From positions 1,136,431 to 1,200,430 of the forward strand of contig NW_003314293.1 of NCBI RefSeq assembly GCF_000143415.4: a stretch of 64,000 bases of DNA. The letters run 5' to 3'. Made by a program: the position numbers and the translations under genes. The stretch's first letter is position 1, and every line of letters begins with the position of its first letter. The notes beneath the pieces were generated by a model that saw only the letters and a list, made by a program, of their open reading frames with translations, was not told the origin of the DNA and searched no databases. The DNA comes from Selaginella moellendorffii (taxonomy: Eukaryota; Plantae; Lycopodiophyta). Below are positions 1-13,116 of the stretch, piece by piece.

Positions 1-111
1 CATAGAATTAAAGACACCTTTGTCCAGCATGCCTGAAGGAGAAGAAGTGAAATCAATCAAGTTACTCTTTAACTTGTAATAACACTAGATTACCTGTTTA
101 CAGTTGCCAGT

Positions 112-2861
112 TTATACATCCAACTCCATTCCTTCCTCATCACCCCAGTAGTCTTCCGGTTCAGTGAAGGCTACATCGAAATCTCTTTTCCTCCTAGGCC
201 TGTCCATGAGAGAGTGATGCAAGTCCAATGCCAGCACTTTACCAACTGCACGTCCCAAGGAGTTGGGCTCTCCAACTTTCAAACCCTTGTACACGCCTAG
301 AAATTTTACCAAACTGTCAAAACAAGTTAGCAACAATCACACTACACAGATGAAGACCACTTACTCCTGAGAAAACAATTGTTTTGCGTTGCCAGCATGA
401 ATGATGATCTTGAGCTGGGGACCAACACCGCCTGCAGCAGGAATCACCTCAACAGCAGGAGGCATACGCTCCTTCTTGAAGACTGCTGGATACACTACCA
501 TCAACCTGATAATGCCGTTCTTCCACCAGCGGTTACCAACCTCCTCCTTGAACTCTGCCCTCAGTTTTGCTGCCTTGCGAGACCTGAATATGAACTCAGG
601 GTTCGTCGTCGACACGCCCTGCTCGAACTTCTTCTTGTCAAGAAAGTTCAGGAGTCTGAACTGTGCAAAGAGGATCAGCTCCTTGTTGTCTTCCGTCTTC
701 AGTGGGATCACCAGATCTGGACCTGCTAGGAATTCCGGGTGGAGAACCTTTGCTGTTCCCACCCCACCAGCGAGGTAGCTCGTCATTCCCTTGGTACTAC
801 ACACCAGTCGAAGGCTGTCTGCTGACCACAACCTCAGCTGCTGGCAGAAGATGTCTGGTAAAGCAGTCGCGCCCTCAAAGATAGGATGATTACTGAACTT
901 GCCAGCCGAAAGAAAACTGCAAAGAGCATCTGCTGCAGCTATCTCGAGGTTGAATCCTGCCGATGGTGAATTGAGACGATTCATTATGTGAAGAAGGGCG
1001 TTGTCCTCACGGAAATAGTACTCAAGCGCTTCCAACACGAGTGGTTCCTCGATCGTTCCTTCCAGCCCGAACTCTCCCTTATCCACATCAACAGCATCCA
1101 AATAAGCTAGCCCATGGTGAATCAGCTCGACTTCCTCTTTCCTGGTGCAGTAGTACTTTCCAACATATTGGATTGTCAGACATATCATCCGGCACAATTG
1201 GATCAGCTCCACACCGTGAATCTGGACCTGGATGCGCTTCAAAACCGTGACGTAAGATCCTTCCCAGTCCTCCTTCGTGAGCATCGATCGGACACTCTTA
1301 AGCGACTCATTGAGAGAGCGTTGCTTTTCCAGAAAATCCTCAAGAACCAGAGCCAGTGGTCTGTATCTCCCTACGAACCTCTGGAGCAACTCTTCATCAA
1401 CAGTGTCGTCGACAGCGACAAAATTCTTCATGTACTTGTACATGTCGCCCGTGTCTCGAAACTTGCCGAAGGAACAGAAAGCAGGACCCCGTAACAGCTG
1501 TTTGGCAATTGCCGGCGAGAAAACCTCCGTTTCCTTGTATCCGGCCAAACAAGTAGCCGAGAGCAGCAGCTTGGCAGTCACACCTCTGGAAGGCCGGCTA
1601 AGTGCCTCATACACTTGATGGAACGAACTCCTCGTCCCAGTCCCTCCGCCAAAAGGCTTAAACTGATCTTTGTGCAACTCGAAGAGCGCCTGCGCTTCAT
1701 CCAACACAACGACTACATCAGTAGCCATCCCTATAACCTGCTGCCACTGCTCATTGATCTCTTCCTCTAAGGTTTCCTGCCTTCTCACTACACCTAGAGC
1801 TTCCAACTTGACGAGCAAAGACCCCGTTAAATCCCTGCAAATATCCACCTGCACAAACTGACTTCCCAGAAGCTGGAGTAGCAACCATTCCCGTGCCGAG
1901 AACTTCACCTCAAGACAACGCTTAAGTAGAAATAACCGAGCTAAAACTGAAGCTCGTACTACCGACTGAGCTAGAGCAGCTCGAACGTCATATGCCACGC
2001 CTTCCAGAACCAAGCTGCGCAATAATGTTAAGTCCTCAAACCCAAAGTTACCCTGCATGTCAGCTACGAAGTAAAGCCCAATTCTCGAACAGAGAAGCTC
2101 CAGCAACGTCCTTGTTTTCCCTGAACCCGATGTGCCCACCACAGAAACCACCGGACCTTTACTGTCTAGCATCTTGCCCAGATCACCAGACTGCGTCAGA
2201 AAGCTTGTTCCCAAGCCCGCTAAAAGTAGGCTGGGCTTCCCCTTCACTGTGGGCACAGCTCCAAGCTGCTTGATAGACTCCCGGGCCTTTTGGATAAAAG
2301 CGTCTACGCGGGGGAGAGCCTCGATTAATACTTCACCAGCAGTTGGAATTTCTTGAGCTGCACAAGACAAAAGCACAAGCTTAGAACGGAGAAAAAAAAA
2401 CGGCAGAAACAAAATGAGCATGCATGGTGGCGGGGAAAATCAGAAACTAAGAACACATACAATGGGTAAAATACAAAATAATGGAAGTGCAACCTCGAGT
2501 CTAAAATGGGATTGCAACGCCTGGCTTTTGCGATCGGCAAAATGCAACGAAACAAAGACGCACACTTGGGGCTTTTGCGGCAGAGCTGTAGATGATGAGG
2601 AAAGCAGCTGGATTGGGGCAAGGCTAGTAGGAGTGAATAGATCGCGCATAGCGAAAAAGTACCATTAGATTTGAGCAGGAGAAGCTCCTTCTCCCGCAGC
2701 TGCTCCTCCTTCTCCCGCAGTTGCCACTTCGCCCCCCACAGACGCTTTCTCTCTTCAGGATCTTTCTCACACTTCAGTTGCTCTCCCAGCTCTTCGATTT
2801 CAGTGCCCACAGCCCGGATGGAACGCTCAAGCTCCTGAAGCGACGCGGAAGAGGACGCCAT
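112..2861 (-). CDS. Crinkler/CR-type effector-like gene: coiled-coil header + P-loop NTPase + restriction-endonuclease-like domain; spliced, minimal exons 2861-2663, 2357-365, 313-112
   Basis: Walker A GTSGSGKT and Walker B VVVVLDEAQ. C-terminal GFNLE...P-x4-GPD...AQFR resembles a PD-(D/E)xK fold. Frame-restoring splice sites: AATG|gtact (2662) to tgcag|CTCAA (2357), and GA|gtaag (364) to gacag|TTTG (313; 51-nt intron). Extra micro-exons within 2358-2662 are possible. Confidence 0.75.
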
Positions 2862-3591
2862 CCTTAGCCGCCAACAGTTAGGTTAGAGGGTATTCAGCCG
2901 CCGCCCGGCACCCGCGTGGCACGATCGGGGGGAGGTTAGGGCTATGTTTAAGAAATTTATATTATGAAATTTATATTATTGTTTTAAATTTATTTAAAAC
3001 AATTAAATGAGAGTTAAAGATTATATTTTTTAAAGGAAAGTGTTGAGTTATCCATAATAAATTGAAGACGCTTGTTAATTTTATTTATATATTCAAAAGT
3101 TTTTTTCATTTCATTTAAACATATACTGTGAGTGCTCAGGATATAGAAATAAGTATATTAATTAGGGTTGAAACCCCTCCTTATATACAATATTGAATAG
3201 ATTAGATAAAGTCATAAAATAATACTATAATTAGCATTGTGAGGTTTAAGTGTACAATTACGATGCCATGTATTAATATTAGTATAGTGAAATTTTTTTT
3301 TCAAGAGTATTATTAAGGGGTTCACTTGGCACTAGTTCATCTAGTGTTTACTTTTCAAACTCATTTTTATAACAAGAGGTCTCCAATTATTCTCTCTGTG
3401 CTAGTTGATATAGGTTCAAGTTTATCTTCTATTGCTCGACCTATTGCCACACGTTGCTGTCTACATTTGTGTCGTGTGGTGGAGCCAATTTTCATTTTTT
3501 ATGGCAAAGGCCGTATACATGCATGTGCACCGGATAAAGCGCACCTAGTTGTGCATGTGGGTGATCTCGAGCTTAGGTTGTAGTCATATGG

Positions 3592-5985
3592 GTGGTGCCG
3601 AGTCAAACTTTTGACCTCATCCTTGGTATGGATTGGTTGCAGCACAATCGTGCCAAGTGTGACTTTAAGGTTTCTCCCCGTTGTCTCATATTTCCTTATA
3701 TTTCATTTATTCCTCTCATTTTTATACCTCTTCGTCCCTTTACTTCCATTATTTTTGTCCCCCCACTATTTCTTTCTATGTTTCCGTATTGTTCTGCTCT
3801 TCCTTTTTCCGATCCTTCCAACAATCTTTGTGTTGCGGCAGTTGACTGGCTCATGAAAGAGTATTCTGATCTCTTTGAATTTGACTTATCATCTGGAGCC
3901 AAGATTGCCACATGTCATCCGATTCCAACTAGGGATGTTCGTCCAATCAAGGTTCCTATTTGTCGTCAGTCACCCAAGGAGATTAAGATTTTACATGCAA
4001 ACATCAAGGAGATGTTGGAGAAGGGTGTTATTCAGAAGTCACGGAGTCCTTGGGCATGTGAACCTCATTTTGTGATGAAGCCTGATGGGAGTATTCGTTT
4101 CTGCATCAACTATCATCCGTTAAACGAAGTGACGATCCCGGATGTGTATCCTCTTCCTCACACTACTGATCTTTTGGATCATCTGGGGTGAAGTCGTTGG
4201 TTCACTAAGCTAGATCTTGCTTTTGGGTACAGGCAAGTACCAATGGCCGAAGAAGATATTCCTAAGACTACTTTTTGTATATCGTTTGGTTTGTACGAGT
4301 TCTTGGTGATGCCGTTTGGTTTGAACAATGCTCCAGCAACTTTCCAATGGATGATGGACGAGGTTCTTTGCGATATGCCGAAGGTGACTGCTGACTTCAT
4401 TGATGATATCTTGATTCATTCGGAGGGGACATCGGAAAAGCACATTTGTAATGTTTGTAAAGTGTTGTATCGGCTATGGGATGTTGGTTTAAAATTGAAG
4501 CGGTCGAAGTGCGTATTTGGGCCCAAGGATACAACTTATCTTGGGTACTATATTTCTCGTGAAGGTTTATAAATTGATCTTGACAAACTTGTGGCTATTC
4601 TAAAGTTCCTTACTCCAAAGTGTGTGAATGATGTATAGCGCTTCTTGGGCAAGGTGCAATATCTCGGTCATTTTGTGGATCATCTTTTTGATTGCACCGT
4701 TGCAAGCGTTACTGAAGTCATCAATGTTGTCTTTCATCTGGTCTCCGGATTGTGAGCGGGTGTTTGTGGATCTTAAAGAGCTATTAATGACTCCTCCTTT
4801 TTTGGCATATCCTAACTACACTCGACCTTTTTATTTTGCGCATGGATGCTTCTGACATTGGTCTTGGAGGTGTGTTGATGCAAGAGAGCTCGAGTGTGCC
4901 TGGTCAGTGCCATCCCATTGTGTATATAAGCCGTACATTACAACTAATGGAAATGAACTACTCCATGACAGAGAAAGAGTGTTTAGCAGTAGTTTGGGGT
5001 TTCAAGAAACTTTATGCATATCTACATGGTTCTCGGACGTTATTTGAAGGTGACCATGCTGTTGTTACTTCATTATTGAAGTGGAAGAACCTAGTTGGTC
5101 GTATTGCTCAATGGGCTTTGAAGCTTCAGATATATGATTTTGATGTTGTTCATCATCTAGGGAGTTCTATGATTGATGTTGATGCCCTTTCTCGAGCTCC
5201 TCTTCTTTCTCCACTCTCTTCTCATGTTTCTAACAAATTTGTTGTTCTGGCATTTGTGGAGTTTCTAAACAAAGATTTTGTGCCGTTGGCGGTTGCTGTA
5301 CTTGAAGTTCAGTGTCCACAAGGCACAGAGCAAGATCTACCTTCTCTTGATGAGGTTTATGAGGCTCAAAAGATTGAGCCGTGGATTTGAAGGTTTTGAG
5401 ATGGGTTTAACTTGTTGATGACTTGCCTTTTCGGCATTTACATTCTCAATATCGCCTTGAAGATAGCTTTCTTTATTTTGTGGGGATAGATTTTGATGAT
5501 CATTTACGGTTGGTGGTGTTTTTTGTCTTTATTCCGCGGTTTCTCCATGCCTACCATGATTCTCCTGTACTAGATGGGCATATAGGACATTGTCGTTTAA
5601 TTGAGAAGCTGTGTAGATCTTTCTATTGGCCGGAGATGCAACGTGATATTATCCGGTATGCACGTAACTATTTTTGGTGCCAAGCTCGTAATACTCCCCT
5701 TCGTGCTGTAGAAGGATGGTTGGAGTCTATTGTAATTTCCCATCTGTTTGAGTTGGTGGTGTTTGATCTTATGGGACCTTTTCCACGGTCGACTACTGAC
5801 AATGAGTATGTTATTATTGCTTCTGACTACTTGACTTATTGGGTGGAAGTTGGTGCTCTTGCTAGTGCCTCTACAACTGGTATTGGATACTTCCTCCTCA
5901 ATCGAGTGGTGTTCCAGCATTCTTGTCTAGAGCAGATTCTTTCAAATAATGGTCCTGTATTTATCGCTGAGGCATTTCATGTTTT
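3592..5985 (+). pseudogene. gypsy pol (PR-RT-RH-IN N-terminal part), fragmented
   Basis: ORF fragments at 3592, 4243, 4628, 4836 and 5423 carry the motifs in gypsy order. The frame continues at 19875 once the insertion and one TTTT are removed (…EAFHVLTFWLGI…). Confidence 0.9.
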
Positions 5986-6645
5986 AAGCTCTATTTCGTT
6001 AAAGTGGGATTTATTCAGTAAAATGGGACTAGGTACAAATTTTCAAGTATTTGAAAATGACGTGAAATTATATGTTTTTTGTCCAGGGGCTAGACATATC
6101 TAGGGCATGGTGACTAGTGCGGTGACTTTGTGTCCAGACTGAGTCCATCTGGTTGTATAATAAATCTCATTATCAAGGTGAACAAGCCGAATCTAAAGCT
6201 AAAGAAGAGCGATGGCATGCGCACACACACTATTTGTTTGTTCATTGAGCGTGTGGTGAGCTTTCCAAGATGAATGTCATTCCTATTAGCCAGACATATA
6301 ACTTAATGGTGAGAACATTTAGATATTATTCAATGTTATCTTTTTCTAACAAATCTAATTGTGAAGGTGTAGCAAGAGGCATTGCTAGTCTGGAGAAGTC
6401 ATTTAACTCATTTGACCCTTAGTGTATTTTCATGAAACTAAATAACATTCATATTATTAAGGAATTTCTCTAGTACCTTTTTTTTACGACATAGAGGCTT
6501 GCATTTCTTTCAAAGGTGATTTAGTAAAAGGCCTGAGGGCATATGCCATTCTATTTCTCAGACCGGTATTAAGATATACTAGTGCAAAGGGAAAAAGGTA
6601 TTTGGTGATCAAGTAAATGGCATGAGGGCACACGCTATTATAAGC

Positions 6646-7005
6646 CTAAGCGCTAGTGGACACCTCCTTTTTGGTACTCTCAGCGGTACTATCATCCTTC
6701 TCCGGGTCAGTTGTTTCGCTTTGGATTGTTGTCTCTGATGTTACTGGGGTGTTCTCGATAGTTGTTAATGTTGCCGTTTGTTCAGAAAAATGATCACCTG
6801 GAGTATAGTACAGGGAGTTTGGAAGACTTATATATTCTACATCTTCACCTATCTCCTTCTCCGTCTCCTTTTCTGCCTCACTTACAGATTTTGTGCTTGC
6901 CATGAGAACGCTCTTCACCCTAAAATATGGAGTTCGTTGTGTTATAAAAGGAAACCAACACACACGCTGCAAGGGAATGATGGTACATAAAGCACGTAAG
7001 CCCAC
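6646..7005 (-). CDS. Small acidic S/T-rich ORF of the transposon (MASTKSVSEAEKE...), function unknown; equivalent to 37483-37842
   Basis: Open in both element copies. No recognisable motif, so it may be non-coding. Confidence 0.25.
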   Translation of the reverse strand: MGLRALCTIIPLQRVCWFPFITQRTPYFRVKSVLMASTKSVSEAEKETEKEIGEDVEYISLPNSLYYTPGDHFSEQTATLTTIENTPVTSETTIQSETTDPEKDDSTAESTKKEVSTSA

Positions 7006-7591
7006 AATATGGGTTTATGTGCCATTAATATGGGCCACACGCCATATGTAAATGCATATGTCACATCATCTTTGTTTTACCTCACACACTATATCAGGCC
7101 TAATGAACCATATCACATGTGCGCACATGCTATATATATGGAGAAGTATTATGCAAGGATAGAAAAATTCAATGCATGATTGTGGAGAGCAATGGCATGA
7201 AGCCATATGCTAAATAACATTTTAGAGAAAGAATTAAAATAGAAACATGCAAACAGTACTGAGTGGACCAAGACTTAGAAGTGCACAATTGAATGAGGTA
7301 TTTCTAATAAATATTTCACTCACCTCATATAGGAATGGCTACCACTCTCAAATGGCGTATCGCCTCATGCCATCACCTCGCAATTTGTTATAACAATCCG
7401 ATGAATTCATATTCGGCTTGTTCACCTTGAACTTTAAGTAAGATTTGCTAGAACAACTAAGAATTTATACTTGTTATTTGTATCATCTCACCTAGGAATG
7501 GCGTAAGGCCACATGCCATCACGCCTCCTTTGATTCAGATTCGGATTGTTCACCTTGAAATAAAATACATTAGAAACTTAGTAAAGGAATA

Positions 7592-9822
7592 TTAATGAAT
7601 CTCACCTTGAACCCGGGTTATGAATGCTCTTGCTGCATCTCTTGCATGGTCTGGCAAGGTGATGGTGGCACTCTGCTTCCACATCCAACCATACACAGCA
7701 TTATCCACCGATATGCTCATGCTGGGATCCCTTGGATTCAGCACCCATCTCTTTTCTAGGCAATCCTTCGTATATCCGGAACTTGGCTTGAACCACTCCA
7801 CAGTTACATTGAAGGAGTTAGTTTCCGTGTCCTCCTTTGCATCAGTGATGCAGCGCCCCACCCATATCATTTGTTTTTTATTACTGGGTCTGACAAGCAC
7901 GACCATTCCTTTGCAGACCTGTACTGGATTGAATGCTGAATCCAGCTTCTTGTTCCTCGGCCCACAATAGTGATCCTCAACATCGTTATCTGTCACTGCA
8001 TTTCCAGAGGACATTGTTCCGCTACTATCTGGTGCTCTGGGTTCTGGCCAAAAGGACTCTTCCAATTCTTCATATACAACCGGCCCATTTTGGATAGCAG
8101 ATATAATCTTCTCCCAGTATTCGAGCAAAGGCTTGCACCTCTGAAAATAGGATTCTCCACCAAACACCAACCCCCTCTTCCAGAAGGCAATATGCTGTCT
8201 AATCCCGGCCACTATACTTTCCTGGCCTTTGAGTCCATCCGGGTGCATCGGCCGTGGGGAACCCTGAGGAATCATAGGTTCCCTAGTTATGGGATCTCTC
8301 TTGAAGAGTTCAATGCCGTCCACTGGCAGCCACACTGTGTCCCATTCTCTCATCTTGTACCTCATCACTGGAGCACCGTCACACATGCTGAAATGAAACT
8401 GAAGAGGCTTGGAGTGGCCAATCAGCGTTTCGGATCCGTCCCTGATGTAGCCTCTTACAAACCCCTTAAAGTCTGGAACCTCTGTCAGAAGTGCAGCTTC
8501 AACAGTGCCTTTGATGCAATTTTGGAATTCATCGTAGAGTTGTGGGAGGGTGAGGACATTGTATCGCCGGAGGGACTCTGCCAGGTGACTGAACATGGCA
8601 TCGACGTCTTCATGAGTGTGCCCAACCATGAGAAAGCCAAGTGTAACCGTTTCAAATATGCCTTTGGCAACAAGCATCGCCAAGTACGCGAAGACGTACA
8701 TGTTTTTGTTCTCACTGCCAGCATTGTCTGTTTGGAGCAGAAGATGGGGTGGAAGGCCACATCGGCCGCAAGAACTTCCTTGAGATTCTGCTTTGTTTGG
8801 ATGAGGCTGTGCATTCACCGGGCGACCAGCCTCGTCGGAATGGCATGAGGCCTCACGTGATAACCCTACAATCTGACGGCCTGTTGAACCCTTTATTCCT
8901 CGAACTCAGTTTTGATTCTGTAGAATGTGGTTCGAGGGACTCCATAAATGATTCTCCATGCCTTCATGCAGACCAAACCCCTCTGGAAGACCATGCCCCC
9001 CACCTGATGTTCTGAAGCATCAACAGATGACCGTAATGCCTCATACACAAAATTGCGAGCTGCCTTCCAGGACAATGTCTTGTATCTTGCTCTCTCCTCT
9101 TCAATAGCATCCCAATCAGCATGTTGACAGCACCTCTTCTTGCAACAAGCAACTGTCGAGACCATTCGAACCTCCATCGCCATTTTCTGCCTTTTCGGTT
9201 CGTTGCTCAGATCCCTTTGGCTGCGCTTTAGGAAGGTGTACTTTCTTTTCCCATGAAGAGATGTTCTGTCATCAGTTGTAGTGGTGTTTGATTGTGAATC
9301 CTTCACATTCTCAAACACTAAGTGCCTCAATTTCCACCGCACAATGCTTCCAATAGTCAGACTGTTTTCTTCTGTGTCAACAACCTCTAAAATCGCAACT
9401 CCAATATCATCCCAGCCCAATTCTTGATTAGCAACCGCATCTCTTGGATCGACAACTGTGGCTAAGCCCTCAGCTACCACCTCCCCCTCGGGGTTTTTTA
9501 GAAACACCTTCGCCTGAATCCATGTAGCACGGTTCTTAAGATCCACGGAGGGAACATGCGTCGCACTTGCGTTGTCCCCAACATCTGCTTTCTTCTGAAG
9601 ATTTTTCAAGGCAACAACAACATTTACCCTGACGACCATCTCTCCTCGTTCAATAGCGACCACATTCCCATCGAAGACAGTCTCTACTGATACAGCAGCA
9701 TTGCCTTCCCCAAGCCTTTGACAGTGTATAACAAAGTTCCGATCCATAGACACAAGGGTCCCTTTTGCAACTCTCTTCCCACCATTCAAAATGTAAACCT
9801 TTTCCCCAACCCTGAAGGCCAT
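7592..9822 (-). pseudogene. Sola1-like transposase of copy 1, with an internal deletion and a stop
   Basis: Retains QTDNAGSENKN...FLMVGHTHEDVDAMF. About 840 bp (copy-2 ~35180-36017) are missing at a GGC microhomology near 8878-8881. A CAA>TAA stop lies at 8893. Confidence 0.85.
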
Positions 9823-11195
9823 TCTAAAAGTGCAGAAAAGAAGTTAAGACCATACAAAAAATGATTGGAGAATGGCCTAAATCATAACATACCAAACAAC
9901 CTCAATAGCATGAGGCCACATGCCATTATTCAAACATGCTATTGACACCCACGTGAAATTTCGCATTCACAAAATTGGTATAAGCCCTCATGCCATTAGT
10001 GGTACCACTAATGGCATGAGGCCTCATGCTATCTTTGGCCCCTGCTAGCCTGTTGCTATATTCCTTTTGCCTTGCTGCAACTGTATATATTTTTGTGTGT
10101 GTGACTAGTCACCCATACAAAAATATATACAGTTGCAGCGAGGCAAAAGGAATATGGGAATAGGCTAGTCGGGGCCAAAGATGGCATGAGGCCTCATGCC
10201 ATCTTGATAAACACACAGCTACAGGCAGGTAAAGAAACTATTGGCAATATGCTAGTGATGAACTTGCAAGCCCCAAGATGGCATGAAGTGGTACTGTAGC
10301 GCAGCTCGCACCACCGCAACTACTCGTAGCGCCGTTCGCACAAACTGCCACTCGCATAAACTGCCGCTCGCAATGGCGCTCGCAATGCCGCAACCGCTTG
10401 TAGACGCATAAACCACAGCTCCCAACGCCGCTTACACAAGCAGCGCTCACTGCGCTCAGCGGAACCAAGAACACGGCGCACAAAAATGATAGACCTAGGA
10501 ATGAGTTCGAGAATTCAAAAATCACGCTTAAATGTCACATCAAATCCTCTGACAAACTAGATCTTATGATTCCTCTGACAAATTTCAAACTGAGTAGCTT
10601 CTAGACTTTGCTGTCGGAGGTTGAACTTTGTCACATCATGTCCTTGCCTCGATCCAGCTGTGCCATGTCAGTGATTCGAACTTTGCCATGCCATGTCAGC
10701 AATCCGCGCCAAGATTATTCGCCGTGTAAAGGAATAATTGTGCTGTGTGTGTACGTCCATTTATGGCAATATAAGGCCACACGCCATTCAAAGAATAATG
10801 CTAGTCGAGCATTTTTTGGTGCATTTTTGGGTTCAAAATTGCATGAGCCCACACGGTATAAAGTTTACCTGTACCAAAAATAGAAACAGCTTTATTTACT
10901 TGGGAATTTAAGTGGTTGAGGCATTTTTAAACTTACAAACACATGCCCTACTTACATTCCTTTGGTTGCTTAAAATTCAAAAATATTATAAACCTTTCTT
11001 TTTGCATTTTCAATGTTTTCAATTATGGTTTTTGATTTTCGCAGGACCAGCCTAGTAATCTATTTGCATCCCGTCATGTTTATAGCTAGCTTTCGTTTGT
11101 CCCCTTCGCTAGCCTGAGATACATCTGCTCGGCATCTGCCTCTTACAGCATTTGCCCAGAAAGGGCATCTTTCTTCACGCAGCATTTGCCACATG

Positions 11196-11220
11196 TTTAG
11201 GGTTTAGGGTTTAGGGTTTA
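11196..11220 (+). repeat. Interstitial plant telomeric repeat (TTTAGGG)3-4 / telo-box; also at 12066-12083 and 32919-32943 (reverse strand)
   Basis: tttagggtttagggtttagggttta is directly visible between the two divergent transposon genes. Confidence 0.85.
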
Positions 11221-11793
11221 GCAATTCAGTAGCTTGATAAACATGCAAATACAGAACTTGATGCAAAATCCTTTGATATGTCACAATGCCCCTAGGACCA
11301 TAAACACATTTCAATAGAGAGGGTCCTTTCATTTCATAACTCCTTTCGTAGATCTTGGTGAAACCAGAGTTAGTGAAGTTGGTTTCTTGTGATCCCGCAT
11401 CTGATTGTGATGTCCCTTTGCAGTGTCGATGGAAAGGTCAATTCACACCAAACTGTAGAATCTTGGAGCAAAATAACGGTCGGATCTATGGCAAATGCCT
11501 TTGAAACATTATAAGGCTCGTGTGGTCTCATGTGGTGTCTGATCGAGATGCTTCTTTGCAGGGTCATCAAGAAAGACATTGTATACCATTCTGTAAAATC
11601 TAGTTGCAATTTAATGGTTAGATCTCCAGAAAACTCAAAAAAATCTCGCGCATGTCAGAATATTCTAGGAATATACTCCTATGTGCCCCTGAAAATGGCA
11701 TGCGGCCCCACACCATTCAAGAGATAACGCCAGATGACGCCGAGCATTTTTTGGTGCATTTTTTGGGATCAAAATTGCATGAGCCCACACGCT

Positions 11794-12453
11794 TGAACGT
11801 CACATCAAATCCTCTGACAAACCAGATCTTATAATTCCTCTGACAAATTTCAAACTGAGTAGCTTCTAGACTTTGCTGTCGGACGTTGAACTTTGTCACA
11901 TCATGTCCTTGCCTCGATCCAACTGTGCTATGTCAGTGATTCGAACTTTGCCATGCCATGTCAGCGATTTGCACCAAGATTATTTGCCGTGTAACTGCTC
12001 GGCATTTGCCTCTTACAGCATTTGCCCAGAAAGGGCATCTTTCTTCACGCAGCATTTGCCACATGTTTAGGGTTTAGGGTTTAGCAATTCAGTAGCTTGA
12101 TAAACATGCAAATACAGAACTTGATGCAAAATCCTTTGATATGTCACAATGCCCCTAGGACCATAAACACATTTCAATAGAGAGGGTCCTTTCATTTTAT
12201 AAATCCTTACGTAGATCTTGGTGAAACCAGAGTTAGTGAAGTTGGTTTCTTGTGATCCCGCATCTGATTGTGATGTCCCTTTGCAGTGTCGATGGAAAGG
12301 TCAATGCACACCAAACTGTAGAATCTTGGAGCAAAATAACGGTCGGATCTATGGCAAATGCCTTTGAAACATTGTAAGGCTCGTGTGGTCTCATGTGGTG
12401 TCTGATTGAGATGCTTCTTTGCAGGGTCATCAAGAAGGACATTGTATACCATT
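11794..12453 (+). repeat. Internal duplication private to copy 1 (composite of ~10530-10728 and ~11126-11590)
   Basis: The blocks cacatcaaatcctctgacaa... and gatcttggtgaaaccagagttagtgaag... occur twice in copy 1 and once in copy 2. Confidence 0.8.
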
Positions 12454-13116
12454 CTTTATTTAGCTGAACATTTGGCATTTTTGGAAATACAAGATGCTTT
12501 GGAATATCCAATCATGCATGGTATAAATATAGCGAGGGTATTAAATGATATCCCAATCATGATCTTTCTTTTGGATTTCGCGTGCATGCAGTCCGAGGAA
12601 TGATGTTGCGGATTTCTTTTGGATTTCACATGCATGCATGCGCGCGGCGATCCAGAAATTAATGGTGGCGCCCAAGTCCGAGGAATGATGACGTTGCGGG
12701 ATTACCAACTCTCGTGACATTTCGCGCGTGTGAGGTTAGGTTTTGCATTTTGCTTCGTACTCGCGCTCGCACACTCGTGCTCCCACTCGCAATCACGCTC
12801 ACATTCGCGCTCATCTACCTTCTCTACAGGTTTCTCGTGTGCATCGGCGTCCACTCGCACTTGCATCACACTCGTGCTCGCATCGCGCTCGTGTGCATCG
12901 GCGTCCACTTCAAGACACACCCAGTTTGTAACTTCGCCGCCAACTCCGCCGCCCACTCCGCCACCCACACGCAGCCCACTTGGCGTCCCGGGAGATTTCA
13001 GCGCCACTCTCCAACTGTAAGTGGCAGAGTAGCCTTGCTGCTACGATCCGCTGCACACAAAGTGCACATTTGCCAGCGAGTCCGGCTTCGATTGTCACGC
13101 CTCCATTCGGCTTCAA

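Noticed and set aside
5984-5987. piggyBac/Kolobok TTAA target site
   Set aside because: TTAA occurs at only one of four junctions. Frame restoration of both targets gives TSDs TTTT and CTAG.
7970-8848. 292-aa ORF conserved in both copies (likewise 14477-15085, 29384-29992, 36048-36926)
   Set aside because: These are antisense shadows of the transposase or cargo exons, and their conservation only reflects copy similarity.
11196-11220. Chromosome end or fusion scar
   Set aside because: Only 3-4 units, at the same position inside both transposon copies.
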